A stretch of DNA of 64,000 nucleotides from Dehalococcoidia bacterium (GTDB lineage Bacteria > Chloroflexota > Dehalococcoidia > SHYB01). The position numbers were made by a program, and so were the translations under genes. The stretch spans positions 4,681 through 68,680 of the forward strand of contig CBDBNG010000001.1 of the NCBI GenBank assembly GCA_965207995.1. Reading direction: 5' to 3'. Each line of letters begins with the position of its first letter. Within the stretch, counting starts at the first letter, position 1. Shown here piece after piece: positions 1 through 9,678 of the stretch. The notes below the pieces were generated by a model. That model saw only the letters and a list, made by a program, of their open reading frames with translations, was not told where the DNA came from and ran no database searches.

Positions 1-3000
1 ACAGCTGCACCAGGAAGGTCTCGTCCTCCTCGCCCAGGGTGTCCTGGACCGTCTGCACCTTCAGCTTCACCGTCTTGAACCCCGCCGCGATGGTCGCGTC
101 GGTCTCCGCCACCGCCGTGTAGTCCGAAGCCCCCGCCGCGTGGGTCCCGTCTGCGTCCGCCGCCGTCTTCCACTTGAAGAAGACCGCCTTGCCCGAGGCC
201 GCCGAGAGGGTCGCCGTGAACTCCGCCAAGCCCCCCTCGGCCACGCTCACGTCGTTCACCGACAGGGTCGGCGCGTCGTCGTCGTCGGTGATGGTTCCCG
301 TGGCCTGGCCGTCGACAATGGTGGCGTTTCGTGGCTGCGAGAGCTTTATGAGGAAGGTCTCGTCATGCTCGTCCAGCGTGTCCCCGACGGTTCGCACTGC
401 GAGCCGGCCGCTGGTGTTGCCCGCCTTGATTCTGACAATACCTGTGTCGTATACGAAATCCTTTTGCTGTTCAGCCGGGTGGTCCCCGGTGCTGTCTGGA
501 CTCGTCCGCCACCCGACGAACACATCCGTAGGCGCGATCCTGCTTATGCTGACTGTGAACACCATCGTCTTGCCTTCGGCCACGGTGAGGTCGGCGATCG
601 ACAGCTCTATCGTCTCGTCGTCGTCGGTGATGGTCCCCGTGGCCGTCAGGTCCGACGCGTCCTCGTCCAGCGCCGCGTTGGTCGCCCCCGTCAGGGTCAC
701 GATCACCGTCTCGTCGTCCTCGTACAGCACGTCCCCCCTGATGGGGATGACGATGTTGGCCGTGGTCGACCCCGCCGGCACGCTCACGCTCAGCGGGTCC
801 GGTTCCGTGTAGTCGCCGGGCGCCCTCGCCGTCCCGGTCAGCGTGTAGGTGACGGTCACCACCTTGCCCGAGGCCGCCGACAGGCTCACCGGGAAGCTCA
901 TTTCGGTCGTCTTGGTTGGGTCGTCGCCCTCGATGACCGCCGCCCCCGGCGCGCCCACCGAGACCACCGCCGTGGCCGCATCGTCGTCCTTGATGGTCGC
1001 GGTGGCGGTCGCCGCGGCGTTGGGACCTCGAGCTATGCCGTCATCGTTTCCAGAGATCAACACAAAGGCCACTTCGTTGGGATGATCCTGGGAATGAACA
1101 GAACCTCGGACACTGGCTCTCAACTCGATCAGGAAGGTCTCGTTGTGCTCGTCGACTCTGTCTTCGGTGGTCTGTACCATGATCGTTTTGTTGATTTCAT
1201 CGAATCCAGTGTAGTTTCCCGGCCAAGTAACGGTCCCGTTTGTCACTGCGGTAAAGTCGTTGGCGTCCGCCGGGTGGTCGCCGTCGGGATCGGTGGCGGT
1301 GTTCCATTCCAGGGTGACGGTGTCATCCAACGCTTTTATCTGCTGAATCTGCACAAGGAATTTGATGGCATCCCCTTCATCGACCGGCTTGACTGGGTTA
1401 AGCACAATACTGGCCCTGATTACGTCGGTTACCGTTACCTTCACGTTCAGTCTGGAGGCCAAGCCTGATTCGTCGGTCGCCACCAGCGTGACCTCGTAGA
1501 CGTTGTCCTCGTCCTCGTCCTTGGGGTCTTCGAAGTCCTGGGCGGCCAGGGACAGTTGGGCCTTGGTCACGTCGGGGGTGGCGGTGGACGTGTTAGTCAC
1601 CGTGAAGAGATCGGCATCCTCCCCGCCGAGCGTCCAGGCGATTGCGCCGGTCGGGCTGCCCTCAACCCTGAACTCGTCGCGCCACGCCAAATTCTCATCA
1701 ACTTGGTGCTCTACCGCTCCACGCAGGGAAAATCTGTCGCTGATGGTGCCCACCGCCTCGGCGTCGAAAATGGTCGCGTTGGTGGGAGAAGAGAGCTGCA
1801 CCAGGAAGGTTTCGTCCTGCTCGGTTTCGTCGTCCCCGGTGGTCTGCACCTCCAGGGTCGCCGTCCGGTCCCCCGCCGCGATGGTCGCCGTCGTGGCCGT
1901 CACCGCCGTGTAGTCCGTAGCCCCGGCCGGGTTGGCTCCGTCGGCGTCGTTGGCGGTCTTCCACTGGAACGTGACGTCCCTGGCGGAGACCGTCGACAGC
2001 GTCACCGTGAAGGCAGCCTTGCTCCCTTCGGACGCGCCGGCGTCGGCCACCGACAAGGTGGGCGGGGCGTCGTTGTCAACGATAGTCGCGGTCACGCTCG
2101 CCGTGGCGTTCGGACCCAGCTTAACGACATCGCGATTGCCTAAAATGGTGAATTCCACTTCGTGGGGATGAACGGGATGCTTGGCAATGGCGTTTAGTTC
2201 GATCAGGAAGGTCTCGTCGAACTCATCCAGCGCGTCCTGGGTGGTCTGCACGGTGATCGTTTCGACGACGTCTTCTAAGCCCCTGCTGCCTGGCCAGCCA
2301 ATGGTCTGGACTGTCACCGGGGTATAGTCGCCGGCGTCCGCCGGATGGTCGCCGTCGGCGTCCGCGGCCGTGTTCCATTCCAGGGTGATTTTTTCCAGCG
2401 TCGAATCTTCGATGAGCGAGAAGACCCTCACCGTGAATGAGACGGCATTCCCTTCATCGACCGCCGTGCGAGGGTCAAACACAACGCCGCCAATGCTTAC
2501 GTTGGTGACCGTGACTTGCACGTCAGTTGCAGCGGACAGGCCCTTCGTATCGGTGGCCACCAGCGTGACCTCGTAAACGTTGTCCCCGTCCTTGTCCTTG
2601 GGGTCTTCAAAGTCCTGGGCGGGCAGGTCTATCTGTGCCTGTACCGAAAGGCTTGATGAAATGCTGACAACGGTGAAGAGGTCGGCGTCGTCCCCGGTAA
2701 GCGTCCAGGTGACGTCGTCGTGCGGATTGCCGTAGATGACGAAACTGTCGCCAGGACTGCTCCAGGCAACATTTTCGGTCGCTTCGAAACTGGTGTCTCC
2801 GGTGATCTGGAACCCGTCGGTGATGGTGCCTTCGCCCTCGCCGTCGGAGATGGTGGCGTCGGTGGGCGAGGACAGCCGCACCAGGAACGTCTCGTCCTCC
2901 TCGTCCATCGTGTCCTGGGCGGTCTCCACCTCCAGAGTCGCGGTCGTCGACCCCGCCATGATCGTCACCGTCTGCAAAGTGGTCACCGCGGTGTAGTCCG

Positions 3001-6000
3001 TTCCCGCCGTGGCCGGATTGGCCCCGGTTGCGTCGTCGGACGTTCCCCACTTGAAGGTCACCGCCTGCTCCGAGGCCGCGCTCAGGGTCACCTCGAAGGC
3101 CACCTTGCTGCCCTCGGGCGCTTCGGCGTCGGCCACCGACAGGGTGGGCGGGGCATCGTCGTCGGTGATGGTGCCGGTGGCCGTCAGGTCCGCGGCCGTG
3201 GCGGACAGCTCCGCGTTGACGGCCCCGGTCAGGGTAACGGTCACCGTCTCGTCATCCTCGTCCACCACGTCGCCCTTGACCGGGATGACGATGTTGGCCG
3301 TGGTAGACCCGGCGGGGATGGTGACTTCCAGCGGGTCCGGGGTCGTGTAGTCGCTGACCTCCTCGGCCGTCCCGCCTGTGGCCGTCCCGCCCAGGGTGTA
3401 GGTTAGCGTAGCGTCGCTGTTCCTGGCCGCCGACAGGCTCACCGGGAAGTTCAGGGCAGTCGTCTTGGTTGGGTCGTCGCCCTCGGCCACCGCTGCCGCC
3501 GGGGCCGCCACCGACGCTATGGGGAAGCTGGTGACGGTTACCCGCACGGCCTGGGTATCGCTATTGCCGTCTTCGTCGGTGGCCCGGGCGGTTACCTGGT
3601 ACACGTTGTCCGTGTTCTGGTCCTTCGGGTCATCGAAGTCCTGGGCCGGCAGGGAGATGACGCCGGTGTCCGCGTCAATGGTGAAGCGCGCGTCGTCGTC
3701 CCCTTCCAGGGTCCAGGTCACGTGGCCCAGGGGAGCGCCGGAAACCGTTGGGACGGGCGATTCCCAGTCCAGACCCTCCAGTCGCTCCGCGTCGCTGTAA
3801 CCGCCGACGGCCACCGAACCCAGGTCATCGTTCCGGATTGTTATCCGGGGCATCCGGTACGATTGGTTACCACCGACGGGGAAATATCCCCTGTAACGAG
3901 GCTGCGGGGGATTGACGGAAGCTATATAGAACAAAACCCCCAGGTCTTCATCGGCTTCAACGCGGCTGTCCTCGGTGGTGGGGACGGGCAATTTCCAGGA
4001 TTGAGTTCCCGACAATATAAGAACGGTGCGTGACGGATAACTCCCGTATCCGGTAATTCGTCTGCCCCGTTCCCAGCCGGTGTAGTCCACGTCGTCGTCG
4101 GCTGCCGGATTGCTGACCCCGGCAGTTGTCAGGTACACCAGACCCGTTACGAGACGCGTCAACGGGTTGGATGAATTGAACAAGATGTCAACCGTTTCCC
4201 CTTCGTCCACCACCCGGTCGGGGATGTAAAGATCCGTTTGGGTGGAGTCGTTGATCTCGACGGTGGACTCGCCTTCCACGGGGTGGATGTTCAGCCCGGC
4301 GGACGCCTCTTCCAGGAAAACGGTGAAGGTCTCGGGCACGGGCTCTGCCCGGCCGTCCTCGAATATGACGACATCGACCGTCTGCGCCGTTTCTCCGGGG
4401 GCGAAGGTGATCTTTTCGCGGACGGGCTGATAATCCTCTCCGGCGATTGCGGTGCCGTTCCTGACGTCGACGAACACCTCCAGCGCCTGCGTGTGGGCCT
4501 TGGAAAGGCTGACGGTGAACCGGGCGCGCCCGGCGTTCTCGTCCACCGAGGCGGGGCCGCTCACGGACGCCTGGGGCCGCTCGTCGTCAATGATGGTGGT
4601 GGTGAGCACCAACCCCAGCCGGGCGTCAGGCGAGAACAGGCTCCACCCCCTCCCAACGAACGGATAGAGCCACAGGGACAGGGTTTCGTTGCCTTCTGCC
4701 AAACTGTCTCCGCGGGGCCGCACACCAAACGTAATCTCGCGGAGTGTTCCCCCAAATTGTACGGTGTGAATCTCCGCCAGCTCGCCAATTCGAGTTCGCT
4801 CATGGCATTCCACTAAACTCGCCCGGAACTCGCCGTCGGCGATTTTGCCAACTGAGACATCCGTGCTGCCGGCGGCGCCCACAGTCAGGCCCCGAGGCGT
4901 CGCTCCTCCCGGGAGGTTCCGGGGGTTGGGACGCGTCAGGGCGCACACCTGAAATCCGAACTCGTCCCATGGAAAGTTCACTTCATCGGGATGCGCCGTC
5001 CGTCTGATCTTCACCTGATAGATCGTGTCGTCGTCCCAGTCGGCAGTCGTGCCCTCGGGAAGGGCCGCGGGGAGGACGCCGACGATCTCCCAGGTCAGGG
5101 CGTCGTCGTCCTCGATTTCGGCATAGCCGACGACGTTGCTGAAGTCGATGCTGGCTTCGTCGCCGCTGATGGTCACCCGGAACTCTTCGGTGTTCTCGAT
5201 GAAATCGTCGTCATTGACCGTGACCGAAACCGTCTTCTCGGTTTCGCCGGCCGCGAAGGTGACGGAGCCGCTGGCGGCGGTGAAGTCATTCTCTCCCTGG
5301 TTGCCGTTGCCTCCGCTGCGGGCCGAATGGAGTGGGCCCGAGGCCCCGTCGCTCGTTGCCCACCGGACGGTCACGGCCGAGGTCTGGGCCGGCTTGAGGC
5401 TGATCACGAAATCGGCCGTGGCGCCGGGACCCTCGGTGACCGGGGCGGCGTCGGCGATGGCTACCTGCATGGTGTCGTCGTTCTTGATGGTGCCCACGGC
5501 GGTGGGGTCCCGGAACTTGGCATGGGGCGCGTGGGCCAGCTGGATCCGGAACTGCTCGTCGACCTCGGGCTCGATGTCGGGCTGGGAATCCACCACGATG
5601 GTCTTGCTCAGCTCGCCCGGCGCGAAGGTGACGGTCTGCCGCGCCGTAACGCCCACGTAGTCATTGTCCAGGACACTGGCGGTGTCGTCCTCCGTCACCC
5701 ATATCACCGACACCGGCCTCTCCGAGGCGGCGTCCAGGGAGATGGTGAATTCGAGGCTGCCGCCTTCCACTGCCTCGGCGTCGCCAATGGACATCCAGGG
5801 CCGGGAGTCGTCGTCACGCACGGTCACCACCGCGTCAGCGTCGTCGGGCAGGGCGCTGGTAACGGAGACCACCGTCACGGTGAAGTACTGGTCGCCCTCG
5901 TCTATCGTGTCTTGCAGCGTCTGCACCGCGGGCAAGTCGATACTGGTCTCACCGGCGGGGATGGTGGCGGACTGCATGGTCCGCGCCGTGTAGTCCTTGC

Positions 6001-8410
6001 CTGCCTTGGCGGTGTGGGCGTCGTCGGCGCCGTTGCCGCCGTCCTGGGTCTTCCAGGTGAAAGTGACGTCGGTGGCCGACGGATCGCTGAGGGTGGCCCG
6101 CACGTGAGCCGGCTGCCCTTCGGTGACCTTGTCTTCCAGGACCGTCAGCGACAGGCCGGGCCGGTCCACGATGGTGATGGTGGGCATGGAGACGCTGGCC
6201 GCCAGGTCTGCATACTCGTAGTTGACCCCGAACAGTTGTTTTCGGACACGTTCATTTTCTGGCGCAACGCCCAGCAAGAAAAGGCTGGCCCCGGCTTCAA
6301 TCTCCAGGGTGAAGGTTTCCAGACCCTCGCCGCTTATCCCGTCGTCATGAACTCCAATCGCCTTGCGACCAGTGGTTTGGCCTTTCGGGACATGGATCCA
6401 AAAGGCCGTGCCGCTCAGGTCTCGATAATCAACCCCTCCCGTCGCCGTAATGTCTTTGGTCTTGAAGTTGGCGGACAGATCGTAGGGCACGGGCCTGGAG
6501 AGGGTGAGACGAACCACGGCCGAGACTCCTTCCAGCACCGTGGCGTCATCCACGGCAACCGTCAGTTCCACCGGGTCGTCGTCGTTGAGGATGATGCCGC
6601 GAGAGATGAGGCCGCCGCCTCCGCAAGAAGGCACGCCGCGGAAGCAGGCGTTCACCGCGTTGGTAAAGCTAATCCACACGACTTCATCGGGTTCTTTCTC
6701 GTAATCGCCCTTGACGGTAACCTCAACCTTCTTTCGCGTTTCGCCGGGCAGGAAGGTGAGGGTGCCGGAACTCAGGGCCTCATAGTCCGTGCCCGATGTG
6801 GCCTGGTCAGGCAGTCCGGTTCCGGCCCGAGAGATTCTTGCGTAGTTCACTTTGACCGTCCGGCCGCTGGACCGGTCCAGCCGGACAACGTAGGTGAGCT
6901 TGGCGGTTTCCCCTTCGTCGGGCTCCCTCACCGTCGAACTGGTCACGGACACGATTGGCGGGTCGTCGTCATCCGTGATGGTCAGTTCCTTCAGGAAATA
7001 GCGATGTTCATTGCCGTCAGCGTCGGTCTCTACTATGGGCTGGCCGCCGTCGGCGTCGACCGCCCGCAACCCTTCGGCATTGCCATAGAGCACCAGGATG
7101 CATTCGTCGTTCTCATCCAGAACATCCCGGCGGGTATAGACCTCGAAGTGCCTGGTCTGGTCTCCTGGCCCAAAGGTGAAGCGCTGTGAATTCACTGCCC
7201 GGTAATCCACGTGCTCCACCGCTTGTTTTTCGCCGCTGGCGCAATGGCTGCCCGTTGGCTCGACGACTTCGGCGAGGATGCTGGCATGCTCGCCGGGCCG
7301 CAGCGCCCGCGCCAGGGTGACGGGCAGCCGGGCAGCCTCACCCTCCGCCACCGTGCCGCCGCGGATCGTGACGTCGACGGTGTCTTCGCTTTCGATGAAG
7401 CCGTAGGCCTTGAGGGTTGTATCCGGAGTTCCGTCGCCGTCCTGGTCGGGAAACTCCAAGTTGCCGGATGGATTGCTGAGGGTCAGGGTAAAAGCCTCCA
7501 CCCCCTCAACGAGATTGTCGTCGACCGGGGTGACAACAATCTCCTGTACCTTGGTGTCCAGGAAGGAGAGTGTTCCCGATGCGCCGCCGGCGGGCGGCGT
7601 GTAGTCGCCGGCGCTGGCGGCATTACTGAAATCGGGTGGGGCGTCGGGTGTGATGGCGTAGTTGACGGTTTGAGCGGCGCCCTGTGGCGCGGTCGGCAAC
7701 TCAACCCGAAAGACGACCTTGCCGTCCTTCTTGGCAGCTTCTGTGGCGCCGTCGTCCCAGTCCTCCTTGCCTCGGTCGTTTGCCACGTTGACGGGGAGCG
7801 GCCGGTTGGTGATAGTGACCGTTATCTTGTTGTTGGGAAAACTAACTTCCGGATCCGAAAAGTTGAAGGGTTGGAAATCAATTGCGAACCTTTCCGGCTT
7901 CTCCGCTATACCATCCCAGATTGCCTCCAAGGATATGGTTGCGGTGCGAGCCTCTTCCGAACTGCCGCTAAGCGTTATAGTCCCCTGCCGAACGACAGTG
8001 TTTCCCCCAACCTTCGCCGTGAAGTCTTGTCCATATATACCAGCGGACCCGTAAGTTTCGGTGATGTCGATCGAGGGAATAAAGGTATAGTAAAATTTGC
8101 GCTCTCGGGTTCCGGAATTTGCCGGTATCGTTAGCGTGATGTCTTGGGCCGGTCCGCCTTCTAGAATCGTGACGCTGGTCGGGGATACTGTCACTGGGAC
8201 ACGGTCTGGGCCCTGCTGGGCCGAGACGTCACTGGCGAACAGGCCGACAAGGGTGGCGCCAACGATCAGGAACAGGCCCAGCCAATGCGTGTGCCATCCA
8301 GACCGGCTTTGGCGCTCTCGCGAGGCTTCCGCCGGTGTGCTGAATTCTACGATAGATGCAATCCGTGCCCAGTCTATGGAGCGTTTCACCATATAGTTAC
8401 CCATACTCAT
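1..8410 (-). CDS. Giant secreted repeat protein (>2800 aa, partial). The C-terminus lies beyond position 1. It alternates Calx-beta-like and cadherin-like domains and has an N-terminal signal peptide.
   Basis: The reverse-strand translation from ATG 8410 is MSMGNYMVKRSIDWARIASIVEFSTPAEASRERQSRSGWHTHWLGLFLIVGATLVGLFASDVSAQQ (n/h/c signal peptide). Reading on in the same frame (plus triplets starting at positions congruent to 2 mod 3) gives Calx-beta hallmarks many times: ATGTITDDDAP, GTAEEVSDYT, TVTFAPGET, VTFAAGETEKTVSVTVNDDD. It also gives cadherin-like DxDxD...NVYQVTARATDEDG and NVYEVTLVATDESG blocks. The frame was checked at positions 272, 626, 3164, 3851-5632, 6752, 7268 and 8276 with no stop met. 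The plus-strand ORFs listed in 140-8134 are antisense artefacts. Confidence 0.8.
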   Translation of the reverse strand, partial: MSMGNYMVKRSIDWARIASIVEFSTPAEASRERQSRSGWHTHWLGLFLIVGATLVGLFASDVSAQQGPDRVPVTVSPTSVTILEGGPAQDITLTIPANSGTRERKFYYTFIPSIDITETYGSAGIYGQDFTAKVGGNTVVRQGTITLSGSSEEARTATISLEAIWDGIAEKPERFAIDFQPFNFSDPEVSFPNNKITVTITNRPLPVNVANDRGKEDWDDGATEAAKKDGKVVFRVELPTAPQGAAQTVNYAITPDAPPDFSNAASAGDYTPPAGGASGTLSFLDTKVQEIVVTPVDDNLVEGVEAFTLTLSNPSGNLEFPDQDGDGTPDTTLKAYGFIESEDTVDVTIRGGTVAEGEAARLPVTLARALRPGEHASILAEVVEPTGSHCASGEKQAVEHVDYRAVNSQRFTFGPGDQTRHFEVYTRRDVLDENDECILVLYGNAEGLRAVDADGGQPIVETDADGNEHRYFLKELTITDDDDPPIVSVTSSTVREPDEGETAKLTYVVRLDRSSGRTVKVNYARISRAGTGLPDQATSGTDYEALSSGTLTFLPGETRKKVEVTVKGDYEKEPDEVVWISFTNAVNACFRGVPSCGGGGLISRGIILNDDDPVELTVAVDDATVLEGVSAVVRLTLSRPVPYDLSANFKTKDITATGGVDYRDLSGTAFWIHVPKGQTTGRKAIGVHDDGISGEGLETFTLEIEAGASLFLLGVAPENERVRKQLFGVNYEYADLAASVSMPTITIVDRPGLSLTVLEDKVTEGQPAHVRATLSDPSATDVTFTWKTQDGGNGADDAHTAKAGKDYTARTMQSATIPAGETSIDLPAVQTLQDTIDEGDQYFTVTVVSVTSALPDDADAVVTVRDDDSRPWMSIGDAEAVEGGSLEFTISLDAASERPVSVIWVTEDDTASVLDNDYVGVTARQTVTFAPGELSKTIVVDSQPDIEPEVDEQFRIQLAHAPHAKFRDPTAVGTIKNDDTMQVAIADAAPVTEGPGATADFVISLKPAQTSAVTVRWATSDGASGPLHSARSGGNGNQGENDFTAASGSVTFAAGETEKTVSVTVNDDDFIENTEEFRVTISGDEASIDFSNVVGYAEIEDDDALTWEIVGVLPAALPEGTTADWDDDTIYQVKIRRTAHPDEVNFPWDEFGFQVCALTRPNPRNLPGGATPRGLTVGAAGSTDVSVGKIADGEFRASLVECHERTRIGELAEIHTVQFGGTLREITFGVRPRGDSLAEGNETLSLWLYPFVGRGWSLFSPDARLGLVLTTTIIDDERPQASVSGPASVDENAGRARFTVSLSKAHTQALEVFVDVRNGTAIAGEDYQPVREKITFAPGETAQTVDVVIFEDGRAEPVPETFTVFLEEASAGLNIHPVEGESTVEINDSTQTDLYIPDRVVDEGETVDILFNSSNPLTRLVTGLVYLTTAGVSNPAADDDVDYTGWERGRRITGYGSYPSRTVLILSGTQSWKLPVPTTEDSRVEADEDLGVLFYIASVNPPQPRYRGYFPVGGNQSYRMPRITIRNDDLGSVAVGGYSDAERLEGLDWESPVPTVSGAPLGHVTWTLEGDDDARFTIDADTGVISLPAQDFDDPKDQNTDNVYQVTARATDEDGNSDTQAVRVTVTSFPIASVAAPAAAVAEGDDPTKTTALNFPVSLSAARNSDATLTYTLGGTATGGTAEEVSDYTTPDPLEVTIPAGSTTANIVIPVKGDVVDEDDETVTVTLTGAVNAELSATAADLTATGTITDDDAPPTLSVADAEAPEGSKVAFEVTLSAASEQAVTFKWGTSDDATGANPATAGTDYTAVTTLQTVTIMAGSTTATLEVETAQDTMDEEDETFLVRLSSPTDATISDGEGEGTITDGFQITGDTSFEATENVAWSSPGDSFVIYGNPHDDVTWTLTGDDADLFTVVSISSSLSVQAQIDLPAQDFEDPKDKDGDNVYEVTLVATDTKGLSAATDVQVTVTNVSIGGVVFDPRTAVDEGNAVSFTVRVFSLIEDSTLEKITLEWNTAADADGDHPADAGDYTPVTVQTIGWPGSRGLEDVVETITVQTTQDALDEFDETFLIELNAIAKHPVHPHEVEFTILGNRDVVKLGPNATASVTATIVDNDAPPTLSVADAGASEGSKAAFTVTLSTVSARDVTFQWKTANDADGANPAGATDYTAVTATTATIAAGDRTATLEVQTTGDDETEQDETFLVQLSSPTNATIFDAEAVGTISDRFSLRGAVEHQVDENLAWRDEFRVEGSPTGAIAWTLGGEDADLFTVTNTSTATPDVTKAQLSLAAQDFEDPKDEDEDNVYEVTLVATDESGLASRLNVKVTVTDVIRASIVLNPVKPVDEGDAIKFLVQIQQIKALDDTVTLEWNTATDPDGDHPADANDFTAVTNGTVTWPGNYTGFDEINKTIMVQTTEDRVDEHNETFLIELRASVRGSVHSQDHPNEVAFVLISGNDDGIARGPNAAATATATIKDDDAATAVVSVGAPGAAVIEGDDPTKTTEMSFPVSLSAASGKVVTVTYTLTGTARAPGDYTEPDPLSVSVPAGSTTANIVIPIRGDVLYEDDETVIVTLTGATNAALDEDASDLTATGTITDDDETIELSIADLTVAEGKTMVFTVSISRIAPTDVFVGWRTSPDSTGDHPAEQQKDFVYDTGIVRIKAGNTSGRLAVRTVGDTLDEHDETFLIKLSQPRNATIVDGQATGTITDDDDAPTLSVNDVSVAEGGLAEFTATLSAASGKAVFFKWKTAADADGTHAAGASDYTAVAETDATIAAGFKTVKLKVQTVQDTLGEEDETFLVQL

Positions 8411-8420
8411 TTTACTATGC

Positions 8421-8446
8421 GGGGGGGGGGCAGGGCAGGGGGGGGG
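8421..8446. repeat. Homopolymeric tracts G10-CAGGGCA-G9 (C10/C9 on the coding strand) 11-36 nt upstream of the giant gene start codon
   Basis: Seen directly: gggggggggg at 8421-8430 and ggggggggg at 8438-8446. Confidence 0.9.
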
Positions 8447-8637
8447 CTACCCTAAATGCAACGAGAATGAGTCCAAGATCCACTACCCAGCGGCAAGAAT
8501 GCGATTTCGGGCCACTTGGTTGGGCCGGTGTCGGCGACGCCATCTTCACGGTGACGGCCAGCACGAACGGGTCTTCCCCGGCTCGCGGCGCTGCCGGCAG
8601 TTTCCCCCAGAGATTCATCCACGGATTCGCCCCGTTG

Positions 8638-9678
8638 TCATCGCTCCTCCCCCATGTCTTGCGCCTCCAGCAGCAAGCGAAGGGTCTGGGCCGACGTCCT
8701 CTCCTCCACCTCCGCCATGAAGACATCTGCCGATGGAAGGAAATAGTCTTCTGCGGGCCACAGGTCTCCCACAGGTGGAGGGTCGGCAAAGGTGGCAACC
8801 TTCTCCGGGTAGTGCACATAGGCTTCACGGACGCTCCGGCGCAGGGCTTGCACCAGGCTCAGCGCCTCGCTGATGCTGATTTCGTCCTCCGGGTATGACC
8901 AGGTGGTCGCACCCATGACGTCACCCACCTGCCAGTCGGTCTTGGGCGAGTTCGGGTCGCTGTTGTGGCAGACCACGCACGCCTCCGCCGAGGCGATGTC
9001 CGAGAACATGGCGGTCTGAAAGCCGATATCCGGGTCCAGGAAGAACTGCGGCTCGCCGGTGCGCCTGATGACTTGAAAGTGCTCTGTCTGCAAGCCGGTG
9101 AACTTGTTGGCGTCATTGATCGGGAAGTCCGAGCCGAGGAAGAGATACAGGGGAACCGGACTACGACAGAGACCCTTGGCAGTCTCCCGCAGGAAGAGCG
9201 CCGGAAGCGGCCCGGCGTGCGTGGGGGTGATAGGGTCGTCCTCCAACGAGGTGTCCTGGTGGCAGTGGGTGCAGAAACCGATGGTGGGCTGAGTCACCCG
9301 CACCCCTTGGTGCTCGGTGTGGCAGGCGACGCACATGTGGGCCTCGATGTGCTCCCGTGCATCGGCGAAGCGCGGCTCGAGGAAGCGGGAGATCGGGTGC
9401 CGGTCGTCAGGCCTCTCGTGGCAGTCCAGACAGGCTGCGTTACCGACATCCTCGGAGCCAAAACCGATGGTGGACTCCCGCAGGCCCAGCCAGTCGTAGA
9501 CGTTGGAGTTCAGTTGCTGCGCGGCGGTGCCCGCTACGGCTGAGTGGCATTCCTGGCAGCCCAATCCCTCGTGGCCAGTGTTCATGGGCCCCTTGGCAAC
9601 CAGCGCGTTGCGGTCCGGGAATGTGAGAAACGCCACCAAGAGCAGGCCCAGCGCGACGACCGACTGCAACGCCGACAT
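8638..9678 (-). CDS. Pentahaem c-type cytochrome with signal peptide
   Basis: The ORF translation has five CxxCH motifs (CQECH, CLDCH, CVACH, CTHCH, CVVCH). The N-terminus is hydrophobic (MSALQSVVALGLLLVAFLTF). Confidence 0.8.
   Translation of the reverse strand: MSALQSVVALGLLLVAFLTFPDRNALVAKGPMNTGHEGLGCQECHSAVAGTAAQQLNSNVYDWLGLRESTIGFGSEDVGNAACLDCHERPDDRHPISRFLEPRFADAREHIEAHMCVACHTEHQGVRVTQPTIGFCTHCHQDTSLEDDPITPTHAGPLPALFLRETAKGLCRSPVPLYLFLGSDFPINDANKFTGLQTEHFQVIRRTGEPQFFLDPDIGFQTAMFSDIASAEACVVCHNSDPNSPKTDWQVGDVMGATTWSYPEDEISISEALSLVQALRRSVREAYVHYPEKVATFADPPPVGDLWPAEDYFLPSADVFMAEVEERTSAQTLRLLLEAQDMGEER

Noticed and set aside
250-3350. Recurrent near-identical ~20-bp motifs (gtcgtcgtcggtgatggt...) that superficially resemble a repeat/spacer array
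   Set aside because: They are coding repeats (TITDDD of successive Calx-beta domains) with variable spacing and no spacer/repeat periodicity. This is not a CRISPR array.
140-8134. Large plus-strand ORFs (for example 140-1468, 2720-3406, 4991-7189, 7211-8134) with low-complexity Arg/Gly/Val-rich translations
   Set aside because: They are antisense to the giant minus-strand repeat-protein gene. Their translations lack domain signatures. The minus-strand frame gives coherent Calx-beta and cadherin motifs throughout.
8229-8411. Apparent frameshift between the N-terminal ATG and the signal-peptide region of the giant gene
   Set aside because: This arose from my own mis-indexing of one line. Re-indexing against the printed sequence puts ATG 8410, the signal peptide and all downstream domains in one frame.
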